DNA of 64,000 nucleotides from Octopus sinensis (lineage: Eukaryota), in the NCBI RefSeq assembly GCF_006345805.1, contig NC_043006.1:65596001-65660000 (forward strand), written 5' to 3'. The notes under the pieces were generated by a model. That model ran no database searches, was not told the DNA's origin, and saw only the letters and a list, made by a program, of their open reading frames with translations. This document shows positions 1 to 13,385 of this stretch, piece after piece. Position numbers and translations under genes: made by a program. Numbering within the stretch: the first letter of the stretch is position 1; each line of letters opens with the position of its first letter.

Positions 1-1857
1 TCTGCTACCCTTTTTTTCTGGAAAGAAGGCTCTCAGGGGGCTTTTACTATCACTTGAAAGAAACCCTTCTACCCTACACCAATACTTTGATTGACACCCC
101 CTCCCACTCTCCCTCCACTTCTTCATTGGGTACTGTTCCAAGATAGCCTTCTGATCTCCAGGGGTCATCAGGATCTGGGTGTCCCCCACCTAACCCCATC
201 AGACTGCCACTTAACCACATATTATTGTAAGTCACCTGTTTAGTGTTTCGTTGTTTGTGAGATATGTACATAGTGTGTATGTATTTCTTTTAAGATCTCC
301 AAAGAACTACAATGTGACAGTTCCATCAAGTGGGGTCCTATCACTGAATCACATGGGTTCCTACAGCTGAGTTCATTCTGTCAGAACCCTTTGTACCATG
401 GCTACATGGCCTTCTGCATATGGTTAACTTTACACTTTACCATTGTACCAAAAATAGAACTAATCTCTGATATGTTCTTTAACTTTTTTCTTCTCTAAAG
501 ACCCTAGACTTTACTTACTCTCAATGCAAACTCATTCTCTTTTTTCTGACATAAATCTCTCAACTCCTCTCTTAATTATTTGTACTTGTGGTGACATTCA
601 CCCAAGGTGGGTCACGCTGGCTCTGACCAACAAGTTCACCATGTCCCTTACAGATGCTGACTACATACAACAGTTGGCCACAGTCGAGGCTGTAATGGAT
701 ACCCACTCCCAGTTCCATTGCCAAAAACCATAGACGCAAGGACCTAATTGTTCTTTCATGTCTGCCTTTACTAACGCCAGTCACATCTTCAGTTGTTCTC
801 CACCTCATTTGTGCCTGCCTGGGTGGGGAGCCAGGTTGTCCACCCTGCAAGTGAATTCCCAAAGTGACTGGCAGACAGTATGGCCAATCCACCTTAGATG
901 TCTTGTGAGTGGACCTTCATGCTGAAAGTTGATGCAGCAGTGTTGTCATATCCAGGATCTGAAATGAATGCTACACCTCAGCTCTATAATTTAGAAGCCA
1001 AACTCTTCTCTGCAAATCCATGTTTGATTTTCCGGGTTGCAAGCTCTACTCAAACTTCACTCCTAAATGTAGTGTCTGTCCATATATGGATTGCACTCTC
1101 CATCTCACTCCCTTTGCTCATCTGAGTTTCAGCAACAGATTCCAGTTATTCTGGCTCAAAGCCTTTCTCTCCAATTCCCTTTTGCTGCTTTCCTAACTTT
1201 ACAAATCCCTTGCAATTCATCATCATCATCATCATTTTTGAAGCTGGCATTGGTTGGTTGGTTTTGACAGGAGCTGCACCAGGTTCTATTGTCTGTTTTG
1301 AATGGTTTCTATAGATGGATGCCCTTCCTGACATTAATCACTTTACAAAGAGCACTGGGTACTTTTTTTGTGACTCTAGCACCGACAGGGTCACCAAGTA
1401 CCTTAATGATAAAACCCTTCAACTGGGTGGGGAGGAGTAGTATTGAGAGTGTGTGGCTTTGTGCCAGTTGAGAAATTTAAGGTATAAAGGGGACAAAAGT
1501 CTGCTTATTCTTTAATAATATCTCCTGCATCGATGACATATCTCATTTTACCTTTCTCCCAAATTATAGACTTTGGTGATTCCAACACTCCTCTCTTGCC
1601 CAGTGGTCCCCACACTCATTCCATATCAATGCTTCCAGTGCAGAAGCTGAATCCTTAGTAATTTTCATCTTCCTCATTCAACTTGTTTCATCTGTTCCTC
1701 ACATCTTAGTCTGACCTACAGGCGCTCCTAACACCTTTCGTACTAAACATTACTGACTTGGTATCTTTTGTGTCATCTGAGCCTAATCCTTATCACACCT
1801 AACAACACACAACCATGTACTACATAGCACCTCGCCACCCCTTTGATCTCTAGAGCT

Positions 1858-2281
1858 CTAAGGCAGCGAGCTGGCAGAAATGTCAGCACTCCGGGCGAAA
1901 TGCGTAGCCATATTTCGTCTCCCGTTACGTTTGGAGTTCAAATTCCGCCGAGGTCAACTTTGCCTTTCATCCTTTCAGGGTCGATAAATTAAGTACCAGT
2001 TACGCACAGGGTTCGATGTAATCGACTTAATCCATTTGTCTGTCCTTGTTTGACCCCTCTGTGTTTAGCTCCATGTGGGTAGTAACGAAATAGGTATTTC
2101 GTCTGCCGTTACGTTCTGAGTTCAAATTCCGCCAAGGTCAACTTTGCCTTTCATCCTTTTGGGGTCGATAAATTAAGTACCAGTTACGCACTGGGGTTGA
2201 TGTAATCGACTTAATCCCTTTGCCTGTCCTTGTTTGTCCCCTCTATGTTAAGCCCCCCCCCCTGTAGGCAATAAAGAAATA
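1858..2281 (+). mobile_element. Dimeric tRNA-headed SINE (family B) with 13-bp TSD
   Basis: Head AGGCAGCGAGCTGGCAGAA, B-box-like GAGTTCAAATTCC and core TTTGCCTTTCATCCTTTCRGGGTCGATAAATTAAGTACCAG, present twice. Flanked by GATCTCTAGAGCT at 1845-1857 and 2282-2294. Confidence 0.9.
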
Positions 2282-4248
2282 GATCTCTAGAGCTATTCAA
2301 GTCAACTAACTGGTTGGAAGTCTATCTGTGTTATGGTCATTATCCTGGTAGCATACATGCTTTGTTCCTGACCCATCAGAAATTGAGGTATGTGACCATT
2401 TTGCTTCCACCTGATTCAACACTGATTTAATTGGGACGCGACATTTTAATGCTTTTCTTGTTCTCTCTCTCTCTCACTGTTTATATGTGTGTGTGTGTGC
2501 ATCTAGTTATGTTTCTATATATGTGTAATCTCTCTCTCTCTCTCTCTCCCTCTATCAACTTGTATAAATTTCTCCATGTGACCACATGTGTACGCATGTG
2601 TGTGTGTGTGTGTGTGTAATTTCCTCCTGTGCCAAGAAATATTGTTGCCTAAACAGGTTCAGTGTCCTGTCCGCAGTGCCAAATTGTCAGCAACCAATCA
2701 ACTACACCTGCTTGTCTCCTGCAGAAACAGCTTGGCAGGTGACTGATACTAACCTTGTAGTCATATCTTTCTACATCCCTCACACAACAAAAGCTCAATG
2801 CCCCAAGTTCTCCAAGTAGCTCACTCAAAGTTGTGTTGCAACTGTTAAGGTAAAAAAGGAACAAAGCCTACAATGCTTGTGGTATTTACCCAGCAATGCA
2901 ATTCCTGCAAAACACCTTCTGAACTGCAAAAGATGACCTTAACCTATTCCACATCACAAACTGCAGCAGATCCTTTACCAACTTTGCAGAATTCCCTTTT
3001 CCTCCAGTTCTCAACATTGAAGATTCTGTCAGGAATACTCCTCTCCCATCATGGAAGACGGCTCTATCTTCACTGCTTGGTTTGCATCCAATTACACATA
3101 AAGCACTATTGGAAAATCTCTCCTAAATTTATCCCGTTCTACCGCACCAGGTTCCCTAAGTGCAAAAGTACTTTCTGTTGTTTCAAACCAGCAAGGCCAC
3201 TGGCCCTGATATAGTCCCTTTGTTGGCTCTCAGACATTTCGCCTCAGAGCTTACCTTTGTTCTCACCAAACTCTTCAATTTCAGACTCTCTACAAGAATA
3301 TATCATGATTTTTGGAAATTCCCTCTGGTTCATTTCCACTACCCTCTGTTCCATTTCCAAGAAAGACAACCTCTCTGATCCTGCCAACTGTCATCATCCT
3401 TGTTGCACTTTTTCTCAATATCTCTGAGGTAATGGAGAATGCCATTAGCAATGATGTTCTCCAACATGTTGAGTCTCCCTCTCTCTTTCTTTCTCTGCGT
3501 CTTTAATGACTATTAGTATAGCTTCAGTAGAGCTAAATCCACTGGAGACCTACACTTCTATGTCCCCTACTGGTGGGCTCTCATTGTAGACAAATTCAGT
3601 GAAAACAATAGTCTTCCTTGACATTAAAACTTTCAATCATCTATGCCTTCAAATCCCCTATTAAAACTTTTGGCTCCATTTGTCTTTTATCTCCTATCAA
3701 ATTGCACAATCACAGCAAATCTTGATGGTTCTCCTTCTGTCTCATACTTTTTTAATTCAGGTGTACCCCTAGGTTTGGTTTAGTACCTCTCCCCTCTTTG
3801 CACATATGCACATGACCTGCTTAGTATCATGTCTGATAATTCTCAATTTTACACAGTTGATATAACCCTTCATCCTTCCCTCTTCTCCCTCACCTAGCTG
3901 CCCATCCACTTGCAACAAAGACACATCATGTCAAACTTATGCTGATTATATAAAACGGAGAACTGGAAAGCATTCTCCAGTAGAGCTTCGTCAATCTTGT
4001 TGCTTTCAACAGTGAAAATCAAATATGTGAATATGTATATGGTTAATATCAGGAAAACATTATCATACTCAACTAGAGCCCTAATGGTCACTCCAAATAT
4101 TACACCTCACTGACCCTTCTCTTCAAGATCAGAAATTACTTCATCCCCCAACAATTACTGACATTCTACAAAAGTCAGGTGAAGCCCTTAATGAAATATT
4201 GCTCCCACAACCGACATGGTGTTTACACTGCACTATACTGCTGCTCTT

Positions 4249-4556
4249 CATCATCATTGTCGCTGTTTAATGTCTGCTTTCCATGCTGGCACGGGTTGGA
4301 CAGTTTGACTGAGGGATGGCAAGCCAGCAAGCTGCACCAGGCTCCAATCTGATCTGGCAATGTTTCTACAGCTGGATGCCCTTCATAACGCCAACCACTC
4401 CAAGATTGTAGTAGGTGCTTTTACGTGTCACTGGCACAAGGGCCAGTCAGCCGGTACTGGCATTGGTCACGCTTGTATAGTGCTTTTTATGTGCCACCGG
4501 GATGGGAGCCAGTCAGGTGGCACTGGCAATGACCATGTTCGAATGGTGCTTTTTAT
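4249..4556 (-). mobile_element. RTE LINE 3' end/UTR fragment (family C)
   Basis: (CAT)n tail, then TTTAATGTCTGCTTTCCATGCTGGC and GGATGCCCTTCATAACGCCAACC, plus internal GTGCC-NNN-GGCAC repeats. The same sequence recurs more than 20 times in the window. Confidence 0.85.
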
Positions 4557-4974
4557 CACCTTATCCTTCCTCAACCATTTCCCTAACCTCATATTGATAT
4601 TCACTCCTGTTCTCATTGAAGGTGAAAAGAAAGGTCTATAGGAGTTATGTGAGAGCTGCAATGATGTATAGGAGTGAGACATGGTGTTTGAGGGAGAGAG
4701 AGATGGCATGAGGCTGTTTGATAAGAGGAGGCACCTTCTCTTATTTCCCGCATTGTATCCAACCTCAAAGTCCTTTCTCTAACAATATTCCTCATCCTTT
4801 GTCCTCAGAACATTGGACAACTGGAATCTCCTCTCTGCTTGGGACTTTATTGCAAGTGTCAACTTGTAACAATCTAAATGGAACATGTTGACACCAGCCT
4901 CACTGTCTTAGCTGGCCTATGGTGGCCTTAAGCACTGTCTATTCTCTCAAGCCCAGTGAGCAAACACATACACG

Positions 4975-5010
<36 letters not shown>

Positions 5011-5209
5011 AGAGGGGTTGCTGTTAGGAAAGGCATTCAGCTGTAAAAACTCTGCCAAAACAGACACAGTAGCCTGGGCTAGTCTTTTACCTAGCCGGCT
5101 CCTGTCAAACTGTCCAACCCATGCCAGCGTAGATGGTGGATATTAAACGATGATGATGATGACACATACACACATGTATATATATATATATCTGCATGTG
5201 TATGTATAT

Positions 5210-5625
5210 AGGTGCAGGCATGGTTGTATGGTTAAGAAGTTTGCTTCCTGACCACATGGTTTAAGGTTCAGTCCCACTGTGTGGAACTTGTGGCAAATGT
5301 TTTTATACAATAGCCTTCAGCTGACCAAAGCCTTAGGAGGACTTGTTAGATGGAAACTGAATGAAACCTCTCATATATGTGTATGTGTCTCTATCACTTG
5401 ATGTTGCATGATAGTTGTAAATGAGCATCACTGTTGCATAAGTGGTATCCTTTGCTTCCAATCTTCCTGGAAGCATGTCCAGCCATGGGGATATATTACT
5501 TTACTTGGAAACAGGTGAGGATCGGCAACACGTGGGCATTTAGCCAGGGAAAAGCTGCATCAACAAGTTTCGCCTAACCCATAAGAGCATGGAAAAGTGG
5601 GCGTTAAAATGCTACTGCTGCTGAT
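5210..5625 (+). mobile_element. tRNA-headed SINE: head A + alternative tail I
   Basis: Head GGTGCAGGCATGGTTGTATGG...GGTTCAGTCCC, then tail ending CATGGAAAAGTGGGCGTTAAA. Same architecture at 10700-11080, 20031-20830 and 23135-23520(-). Confidence 0.8.
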
Positions 5626-5788
5626 AGTTTGTCATTGCCATCATCATTTAACACCCATCTTACATGCTGGTATGGGTTGGGTTGTTTCATGAGTGAAGAT
5701 CAGTACCTTTTGTCACACATGATACAAGTGTGTTAAGTAAGGAAAAGTAGAAGAGAATTGCTTGGACCACTTGGTGGCTCTGCTTTAA

Positions 5789-6010
5789 CCCTTTCATTAC
5801 CATATTTCTGTTGAGATGCTCTGTGTTTCTTTCAATTGATTTTAAATATAACAAAGAATTTAGTAAAATAATTTAGTTATCATTAAGTTAGTGTTAGGAA
5901 CATAAATTGTGACTAAGCTTTGGTGGAAGATTTTCATTCAAAACTTATGAAAAGAAGATAGTTGAACTACAGAGCTAGAGGCGGTTTCAACCAGGTTGGT
6001 ATCAAAAAGG
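5789..6010. mobile_element. piggyBac-type MITE (family F)
   Basis: TTAA on both sides (5785-5788 and 6011-6014), termini CCCTTT...AAAAGG. Homologous to the copies at 17.1 kb and 35.5 kb. Confidence 0.85.
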
Positions 6011-6459
6011 TTAAGGTTGAATTTGCCAGCTTTTATAACCTTTAGTGACAGTTTCTAGAACCTTCAAGCTGTTTGGCAGGAAAAATTGCACACTTTCTTT
6101 GAAGTTCACTACACCACCCTTAACAAGTTGACTAATGCAGATAGATTAGTTGAACCATATTTGTGTAGGTGTTAATGCTTTTTATGGATGTATAATTGGT
6201 CAGGATCCTGAACTGGGAAAGTCTGAAAGTGATTGTTCAAAATTCAGTAGAAGCCCTGCTACCGGGGCAATCTCTCTGACCCTACCAACTAACACCATCC
6301 AATCACCCAAACTTCTGACATCTCAGAGTTACTAATAATAACAGGCTTCTTAATCTCCAATCTGTCTCTTTCCTTAGTGGTGACATTCATGGTTTCTATA
6401 GAGCTAGATACACCAGAGACTCATTCTCTGTTACACTACATTTACATCACCATCATCAT

Positions 6460-6745
6460 CATCATCATCTTCATCATCATTATCTCCTGGACATTACTAT
6501 CTCACGTCAAAGGCCTTGTATGGTGGTTACCTGGTTTCCAGTGTGTATAAATGATTGAGGTCAACATTCCCCCTGAGTAGGATGTCAGCCCATTGTTGGG
6601 TTATTTGTTCACACCTGAGTGGACTTGATCAATGTAAAATGAAGTGTTTTGCTCAAGACCACAACTCACCGCCTGGTCCATGAATCAAAACCACAACCTT
6701 GTGATCATGGGTGCAATACCCTAACCACCAAGTCATGTGCCTTCA
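6460..6745 (-). mobile_element. tRNA/CORE-like SINE (head D + tail J)
   Basis: Reverse complement shows the head followed by TTGAGCAAAACACTTCATTTTACATTG and a (GAT)n tail. Homologs at 9190-9665(-), 23935-24205(+) and 63280-63558(+). Confidence 0.75.
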
Positions 6746-9274
6746 CCTTCAATTATGGTTTGCATGAAAACCTCCTGGCTAAACTGCTAGTCTGTGAATT
6801 TCATCTGTCTCCCATCCATTGGATTAGGAGTTCCCTTTCAGATGAATTCATTGCAGTATTTGCTGATGAGGCTTTCTTTGACTCAAACTATAAATTCTGA
6901 TGTAACTACTGTTTTGTTACGAAGGAGGTATAAACCACACTAGTGCAGTGCTCCACAACCAGTATGCTGTGGCACACTGGTGTGCCATGAGACGATGCTA
7001 GGTGTGTCACAATGTAACCTGAATACAATTTTTTCCTCTGTACTTTTAGTTATATTTTTGTGCCTCCAAATTTTGAAAAGAATATAAGTGTAATGAGGGA
7101 AATCTGCTTCAGGTGACTCTTTAGGGTTTGCTATATATGCTAGTGTAGGGGTCAGTGAACAGCAAGCTCAAGGTCTGCCCTGGACAGCACACTATTTAGC
7201 TATGCCACTGCACATCGGTAGTTTAGTTATGTCTCCTGCACTTTCCCCGCTCTACGTTAATGACTGAGTCTTTGTAACAACACACGCCACTCATACATAG
7301 ACATTGGACCCTTCACTCAGCTTTAACTGTACTTGTGCCTGTGTTCTTCTGGGCATGGTTGAGCCGGCTCCAACCAGTCAACCACATCATCATGATTAGG
7401 TGCAGGTGTGACTAAGCTTAAGCATAGATGTGTGGTTGCTTCCCAACCATGCTGTTTTGAGTTCAGTCCCACTGCATGGCACTTTGAGCAAGTGTCTTCT
7501 ACTATATAGCCTCAGGCTGCCCAAAGCTGTGTGAGTGGATTTGGTCAGTGGTAACTGAAAGAAGCCTGTTGTGTGTGTGTGTGTGTGTGAATGGTGGGGG
7601 GGGCAGGTTTAGCCCCACTGCATGGAACCTTGATTAAGGGTCTTCTGCTACAGCCCTGAGTTGGCTAAGGCCTTGTGAGTGTATTTTGAAGGCAGAAATT
7701 GAAAGAAGCCTGTTGTGTGTGTGTATGTTGCCCCTATCTTATGATGTGTCCTCCTTCCTGAGCCACTGCCTCCTCTCTCACTTTACACCTCCACACTGAT
7801 ATTTCCCCACAACTGCACTTCCACCCTTGTACTTCATTCAATTCGTTTATCTTGACCCCCATCTCTAATCATCTGTTACTTTTCCCTCAATTTCTTACGA
7901 AACTACCCATCTCCTGTGATCACCTGACCGTATCCTGTCTTATGCTCACCTTCTCATACATTGAAGATTTGCTTTAACACACCATCACTGACATTTTCTT
8001 TATCTTCATCTTCTTCTTAATTGTTTCTACTCACCCTTATGTAATATAGCGCACCCCTATATCTCCCCTATAGCAAGACACCTGTGCTCGTCCCCCTGTC
8101 ATACTTTAGTCTCTCAGCACCAAGCATAAAGCGCCCCTCTCTCTTAGTAATGGGGGTTTTTTGCTTTCCTGTTCTTTTCTGTCTTGCAGGCCACTTGGCA
8201 TGCTCAGTTGTGGCTTGAAAAATGCATCCAGTCCATACTGCAAGGCAGTTGGTGTTAGTAAAGGTATCCAGCCATAGAAAACATTCCACAACTGACTCTG
8301 GAGTTGAGCACAGCCCTGTGACTTGCCAGATCCTGTCAAACCATCCAACCCATGCCAGCATGGAAAATGGGAAGTAAGTGATGATGATGATGATATATAG
8401 TTGAAATAAACACTGGAGATACTTTACCCTTGACAGAAACTGCAGGATCTGCCCAGAGGTTTTGTAAGCTCTTCTAAATCCATTGCAATGCTGGAAACTC
8501 TTCCATATCATCAGCAGATATCTAAGGGTCACTAACGTTTCACTCCTTAGCCTGTATACTTATGAACACACACACACATACATACATGTGTGTGCGTGTG
8601 TGTGTGTGTGTTACTATCTCCTTGCCATGACCTTAAGGGAGAGTTGTAAACAAGTGTCACTGTCATGCTACTAGCATCCATTTCCAACCTCCGGAGACAT
8701 GTCTGGTCATGGGTAAAATACTACTTTGCTTGGAAACTGGTGAGGGTTGGTAACAAGAAGGGCATCCAGATGTAGAAAATTCTGGGTTGTATTCTGTCTG
8801 ACCTATGCAATCATGGTAAAGTAGATATTGAAACAATGATGATGATAATGAAATCATCCACACCCAGTGATCTGATGTCCGATGCAAAAATTATCAACCA
8901 GTTGCAATTCCAAAGGTAGACACCATGTGTGCGTGAAGACCAGATATTTAATCAAGATCTGTTTTAACCATATTAATTCATATTTTTCCAACTGTCCACT
9001 TTGCCATTTACACAATCCCAGGACGGTCTCCTGTGCAACTGCATTACAGAAGAGTTAGACCCTTGGACAGTAGAGTATCTGATGAAACAAAAAGAAATGC
9101 CTTTTGAGTAGGAATTGTTGAAGGAAATAGGTTTGGCAATAACAACAAACTTTGGGGTTTAACACAAAATCCAAAGTACAAGCATGAAGTCATCATCATC
9201 ATCATCAACTACTGGACATTACTATATAAAGTCCTAGGACTCATAGGTCTGGTTACTTGGTTTCCTTGTTATGT

Positions 9275-9511
9275 ATATTTCTTTATTGCCCACAGGAGTG
9301 GGGGGTGGACCATAGAGGGGACAAACAAGGACAGACAGGGATTAAGTTGATTACATCAACTCCTGTGCATAACTGGTACTTCTTTAATCGACATCGAAAG
9401 GGTGAAAGGTAAAGTCAACCTTGGCGGAATTTGAACTCAGAATGTATAGACGGACGAAATACTGCAAAGCATTTTGTCCAACGTGTTAACGATGCTGCCA
9501 GCTTGCCGCCC
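9275..9511 (-). mobile_element. SINE family B nested in a tail-J SINE
   Basis: Reverse complement of the family B consensus. The host SINE continues on both sides, with imperfect TGTTAT flanks. Confidence 0.8.
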
Positions 9512-10124
9512 TCATGTTATACAAGCGACTGAAGTCATAACATTCTCCACTAAATGAGACACCAGGCCATCACAGGAATGGTCATTTACAGCCGAATGGA
9601 TTGGAGCAATGTAAAATGAAGTGTTTTGCTCTAGGACACAACCTGCCACCTGGTCCAGGAATTAAAAACACGACCACTTGGAGGGGTTGGCGTTAGGAAA
9701 GGCATCCAGCCATAGAAACCATGCCAAATCAGACTGGAGTTTGGTGCAGCCTTCTAGCTTGCCAGCCCTGGTCAAGCTGTCCAACCCATGCCAGTATGGA
9801 CAACGGATGTTAAATGGTGATGATGATGATCTTGTGATTGCTGAGTGCTGGTCCACAAAGATTCAGCAAGGGCAGAAGCAATCAAATACTTCCCAACTTG
9901 TGTAAGTTCCCCATTATCATGTTACTGTTGACTGTGTTTCACAAGTGTCTGGCAAGATGATGGGAATGAGTGCTTGGCAGGTGCAAATTATTGTGGCGCC
10001 ATGGATCTGTGATGAAGACTAAAGCTGCCTTTTTGGTCTTCAACTTTCCTCAAACAGGTATCATCCATGTGCAACTTCAATACCTCACACCAGACTTGCC
10101 CTGGATACACAGCTAAAACCCTTA

Positions 10125-10471
10125 CAGTGGTTCTCAACCGGGGTCAGTATGGACCCTAAAGGTCCATATAAGACTTTTGGAGGTCCATGCAACAAAATAA
10201 TAAATTGAGGGTCCACACCAGTATTTTAAGGTCCCCTGAAAAAATTTGCTTTAGATGTATGTATTGCAAGAAAACAGCTAGGTTTCTTTAACATTTTATA
10301 TAGTTCAATTGCTTATTTAGTTGAACAAGTTAATGTTTGAAAAAAGAGAAATTTTGAAAGACATTTCTATAAAACTAGTTTTCAAACATCGAATGGCTAT
10401 GGGGTGGGTCCACCTGAATAAAATAGTAACCAAAGGGGTCCATGGATAAAAAAAATGGTTGAAAGCCCATG
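10125..10471. mobile_element. hAT (Charlie-like) MITE, family H
   Basis: Starts CAGTGGTTCTCAACC and ends GGTTGAAAGCCCATG. Homologous to 29300-29614 and 40755-41240. TSD is degraded. Confidence 0.75.
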
Positions 10472-11280
10472 CCTTAAACCCCTCAAAGTTGATGCAAATG
10501 TGAATCCTTGCAATCTCTAATGACCTTACTTGGTGACCTCCTCACTCATCTAATATTGCCAAAATTAACATTCCCTTTTTAACAACAGGAAATACTGCAG
10601 CCATGATTAATTACTGACTATCTATAAGGTTTACATTGCAGCACTGTTTATAATATGGAATGGTGGTACTGCTACACATAATCATTTTGTACACTGCATA
10701 GGTGCAGTTACAGCTGTGTGGTTAAGAAGCTTGCTTCCCAACCATGTGATCTCAGGTTCAATTGCATTGTGCAGCACTTTAGGCAGGTGTCTTCTACTAT
10801 AGCCCCAGACTGACCAAAGCCTTGACAGTGGATTTAGTAGATGAAAACTGAAATCATGTATGTGTGTGTGAGTACCCTTGTTTTGGGTATAATTGGTGTT
10901 TGTTTCTAGTCTTCCATGAAAAACATATCTGGCCAATGGAAAATATTACTTTGCTTGGGTAACAGGTGAGAGTTGGCGACAGGAAGGGCATCCAGCCCTA
11001 GAAAATCTACCTCAACAAACCCTGTTTGTTATATGCAAGCATGGAAAGGTCTATCATTAAATAATGACGACAACAGTGATGACCCTATAGAATGCTACTA
11101 AAGTGATCAACAAATAATTCACTCATCAACATGGTTTCTTCCTTTTCCCACTTCTAATGCTCCTCCAATGGCTTCTACTTCTGTAAACCATCCATGAAAC
11201 TACTCACAACTTGGCCTCTGTAACATCCCCTTCTGCACCTCTGTCTATCACACACTTCTCAAATAACACTTCCTCCACTT

Positions 11281-11665
11281 TTTATTTTTCTACTTGTTTC
11301 AGTCATTTTGACTGTGGCCATGCTAGAGCACCGTCTGTTTAGTTGAACAAATCAACCTTTTGAATTTATTCTTTGTAAGCCTGGTACTTATTCTATCAGA
11401 CCTTTTTGCCGAACTGCTAAGTTACGGGGACATAAACACACCAACATTGGTTGTCAAGCGATGGTTGGGGGACAAACACAGGTATACACAAATACATATA
11501 TACGACAGGTTTCTTTCAGTTTCCATCTGCAAAATCAACTCACAATGCTTTGGTCAGCCCAAGGCTATAGTAGAAGACACTTGCTCATGGTGCCACGCAA
11601 TGGGACTGAACCCGGAACCATGCGGTTAGGAAACAAGCTTCTTATCACACAGTCACACCTGCACC
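11281..11665 (-). mobile_element. tRNA-headed SINE family A (full head + tail A)
   Basis: Reverse complement of the element at 37153-37562. Confidence 0.85.
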
Positions 11666-11689
11666 TGTACACTTTCTCTTTGGATTTCT

Positions 11690-11985
11690 TAGGGTTAGTG
11701 TATTCAGCTCTTGATTGTAAGGTTGTGAGTTCAATTCCTGATGGCGCATTCGGTCCATGAGCATGATACCTTATTTCACATTGCTCCGCTCCACTCAGCT
11801 GGCAAAAATGAATAGTACCTGTAATTCAAAAGGGCCAACCTTGTCACATTTTGTGTCATACTGAATCTCCTTGAGAACAACTTTAAGGCTACATGTGTCT
11901 GTGGGGTGCTCATCCACTTGCACATTAATTTCATGAGCAGGCTCTCCTATTGATCAAATCAATTGGAACCAACAAAGTGCCAATA
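11690..11985 (+). mobile_element. tRNA/CORE-like SINE (head D + tail E)
   Basis: GAGTTCAATTCC B box, TTATTTCACATTGCTCC..CACTCAGCTGGCAAAAATG core, and tail AAGGGCCAACCTTGTCAC...GGAACC. Homologs at 36512, 41900(-), 44969 and 58583(-). Confidence 0.8.
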
Positions 11986-13064
11986 TATTTATATGGTAAG
12001 AACATTGTTCTCATAGATCTCCATGGGTTTTATTCTCTCTTTCTTCAAATTTGGTCAATGCTTTCATACACACCAGAGTACTCCTACTGATTTTTGTCTA
12101 ATATCACCATTTAGGGCTCCAATTTGTGATTGATATTCCTTCTATAAGAACCTTACTGATCTGCTCTCTTTTGGTGTACACAGAAAGAGGATAAGGGCAC
12201 CTGTCACATAGGGTTTTATCACTCTTCATAGCCACCTCGATTATGTCAAGCACCCTTTTCTCCACTAAGTCCCTACCTGCAACAGTGGTATTACAGCTGT
12301 GATTTGCTCCAGTTGATGGATGTTGGGATGAGTAGGGAAATAGGAAGAGAGACAAGTTAGTAGACGCAAACAAAGATAGCTTGGTGGACACAGACGGACA
12401 GGTTCATCATCATCATAATCATCATTGTCATCAAACATCTGTTTACCATGCTGGCATGGGTTGGACAGCTCAACAGGAAGTGGCAAGCCAGAAGACTGTA
12501 CCAAGCCCTGCTTTCTGCTTTGGCATGGTTTCTATGGATGGATGCCATTCATAATGTCCAGTACAGTTTAAAGAGTATACTGGGTGCTTTTTACACAGCA
12601 CCAGCAGCACTGAGATCACCAAGTAACTTGCAGCAGGACAAAACTCCTCAACTGAGGATGGGGGAGTAGTATTGAGGGATAGAAACAAGGGAGTCTTGCA
12701 TTAGAGGGGAAAACATGGTTAGTTCATGTGAGGAGAGAGAGGGGGGGGCGAAGATGTGATGGAGATAGGGGTAGGGGTGAGTGGACCAAAGGGGTTGGAG
12801 AGGGTGGGCGAGTTCATGAGATTGTGAAGGGAGAGTGGAAGGTAGAGGGTGAGGGAATGTAAGGAGTGAATACAAGCAGAGGGAAGGGGGATATGTTGCA
12901 AGGAAAGAGATTCAATGGGTGGGGAACTGGAGGCATTGGGAAGAGAGATAGGTGGGAAGACTAGGTGCAGGAGTGGTGCTTGGACATAAAGGATGTGCCT
13001 TTATGGCCTCAGTTTTACATAACTGAACAACTCTTCTGTCATGAAACATGGACCAGTTTAACAT

Positions 13065-13385
13065 AAACAGAGATGGGTTGGTAGACAGATACATGTTTGG
13101 TAGAGACAGTGACAGGCATGGTAGACAGAGAGATAGGCCGGTAGGACACACATTGGTTGGTAGACAAAGACAGAGAGGTTGGTAGATACAGTGATAGATT
13201 GGTAGACACAGAGATGGGTTTGTAGACACAGAGACAGGCTTGTGGACACAGAAAGGCTTGGTAGACACAGAATGGCTTGGTAGACACAGAAAGGCTTCGT
13301 AAACACAGAAATAGGTTGGTAGACATACACAGAGACAGGCTTGTAGACATGCGAAGTGTATAATAGACAGGGACATAAATAGGCA
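13065..13385. repeat. Degenerate ~20-22-bp minisatellite (GGTAGACACAGA core)
   Basis: Repeated (T)GGTAGACACAGARA units visible directly in the sequence. Confidence 0.85.

Larger units (their letters stand above)
950..4950 (+). mobile_element. Decayed CR1/Zenon-like non-LTR retrotransposon (EN-RT ORF2 fossil), interrupted by younger repeats
   Basis: Colinear degenerate motifs: EN-like FQLFWLK (~1140-1160) and IIDFGDSN (~1565); RT SKATGPDIVPLLALRHFASELTFVLTKLFN (3190-3280), YSFSRAKSTGDL (~3517), NSGVPLG (~3754), LTFYKSQVKPLMKYCSH (~4160), and C-terminal SFVLRTLDNWNLL (~4800). Many stops and frameshifts. Interrupted at 1218-1500, 1858-2281 and 4249-4556. Confidence 0.85.
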
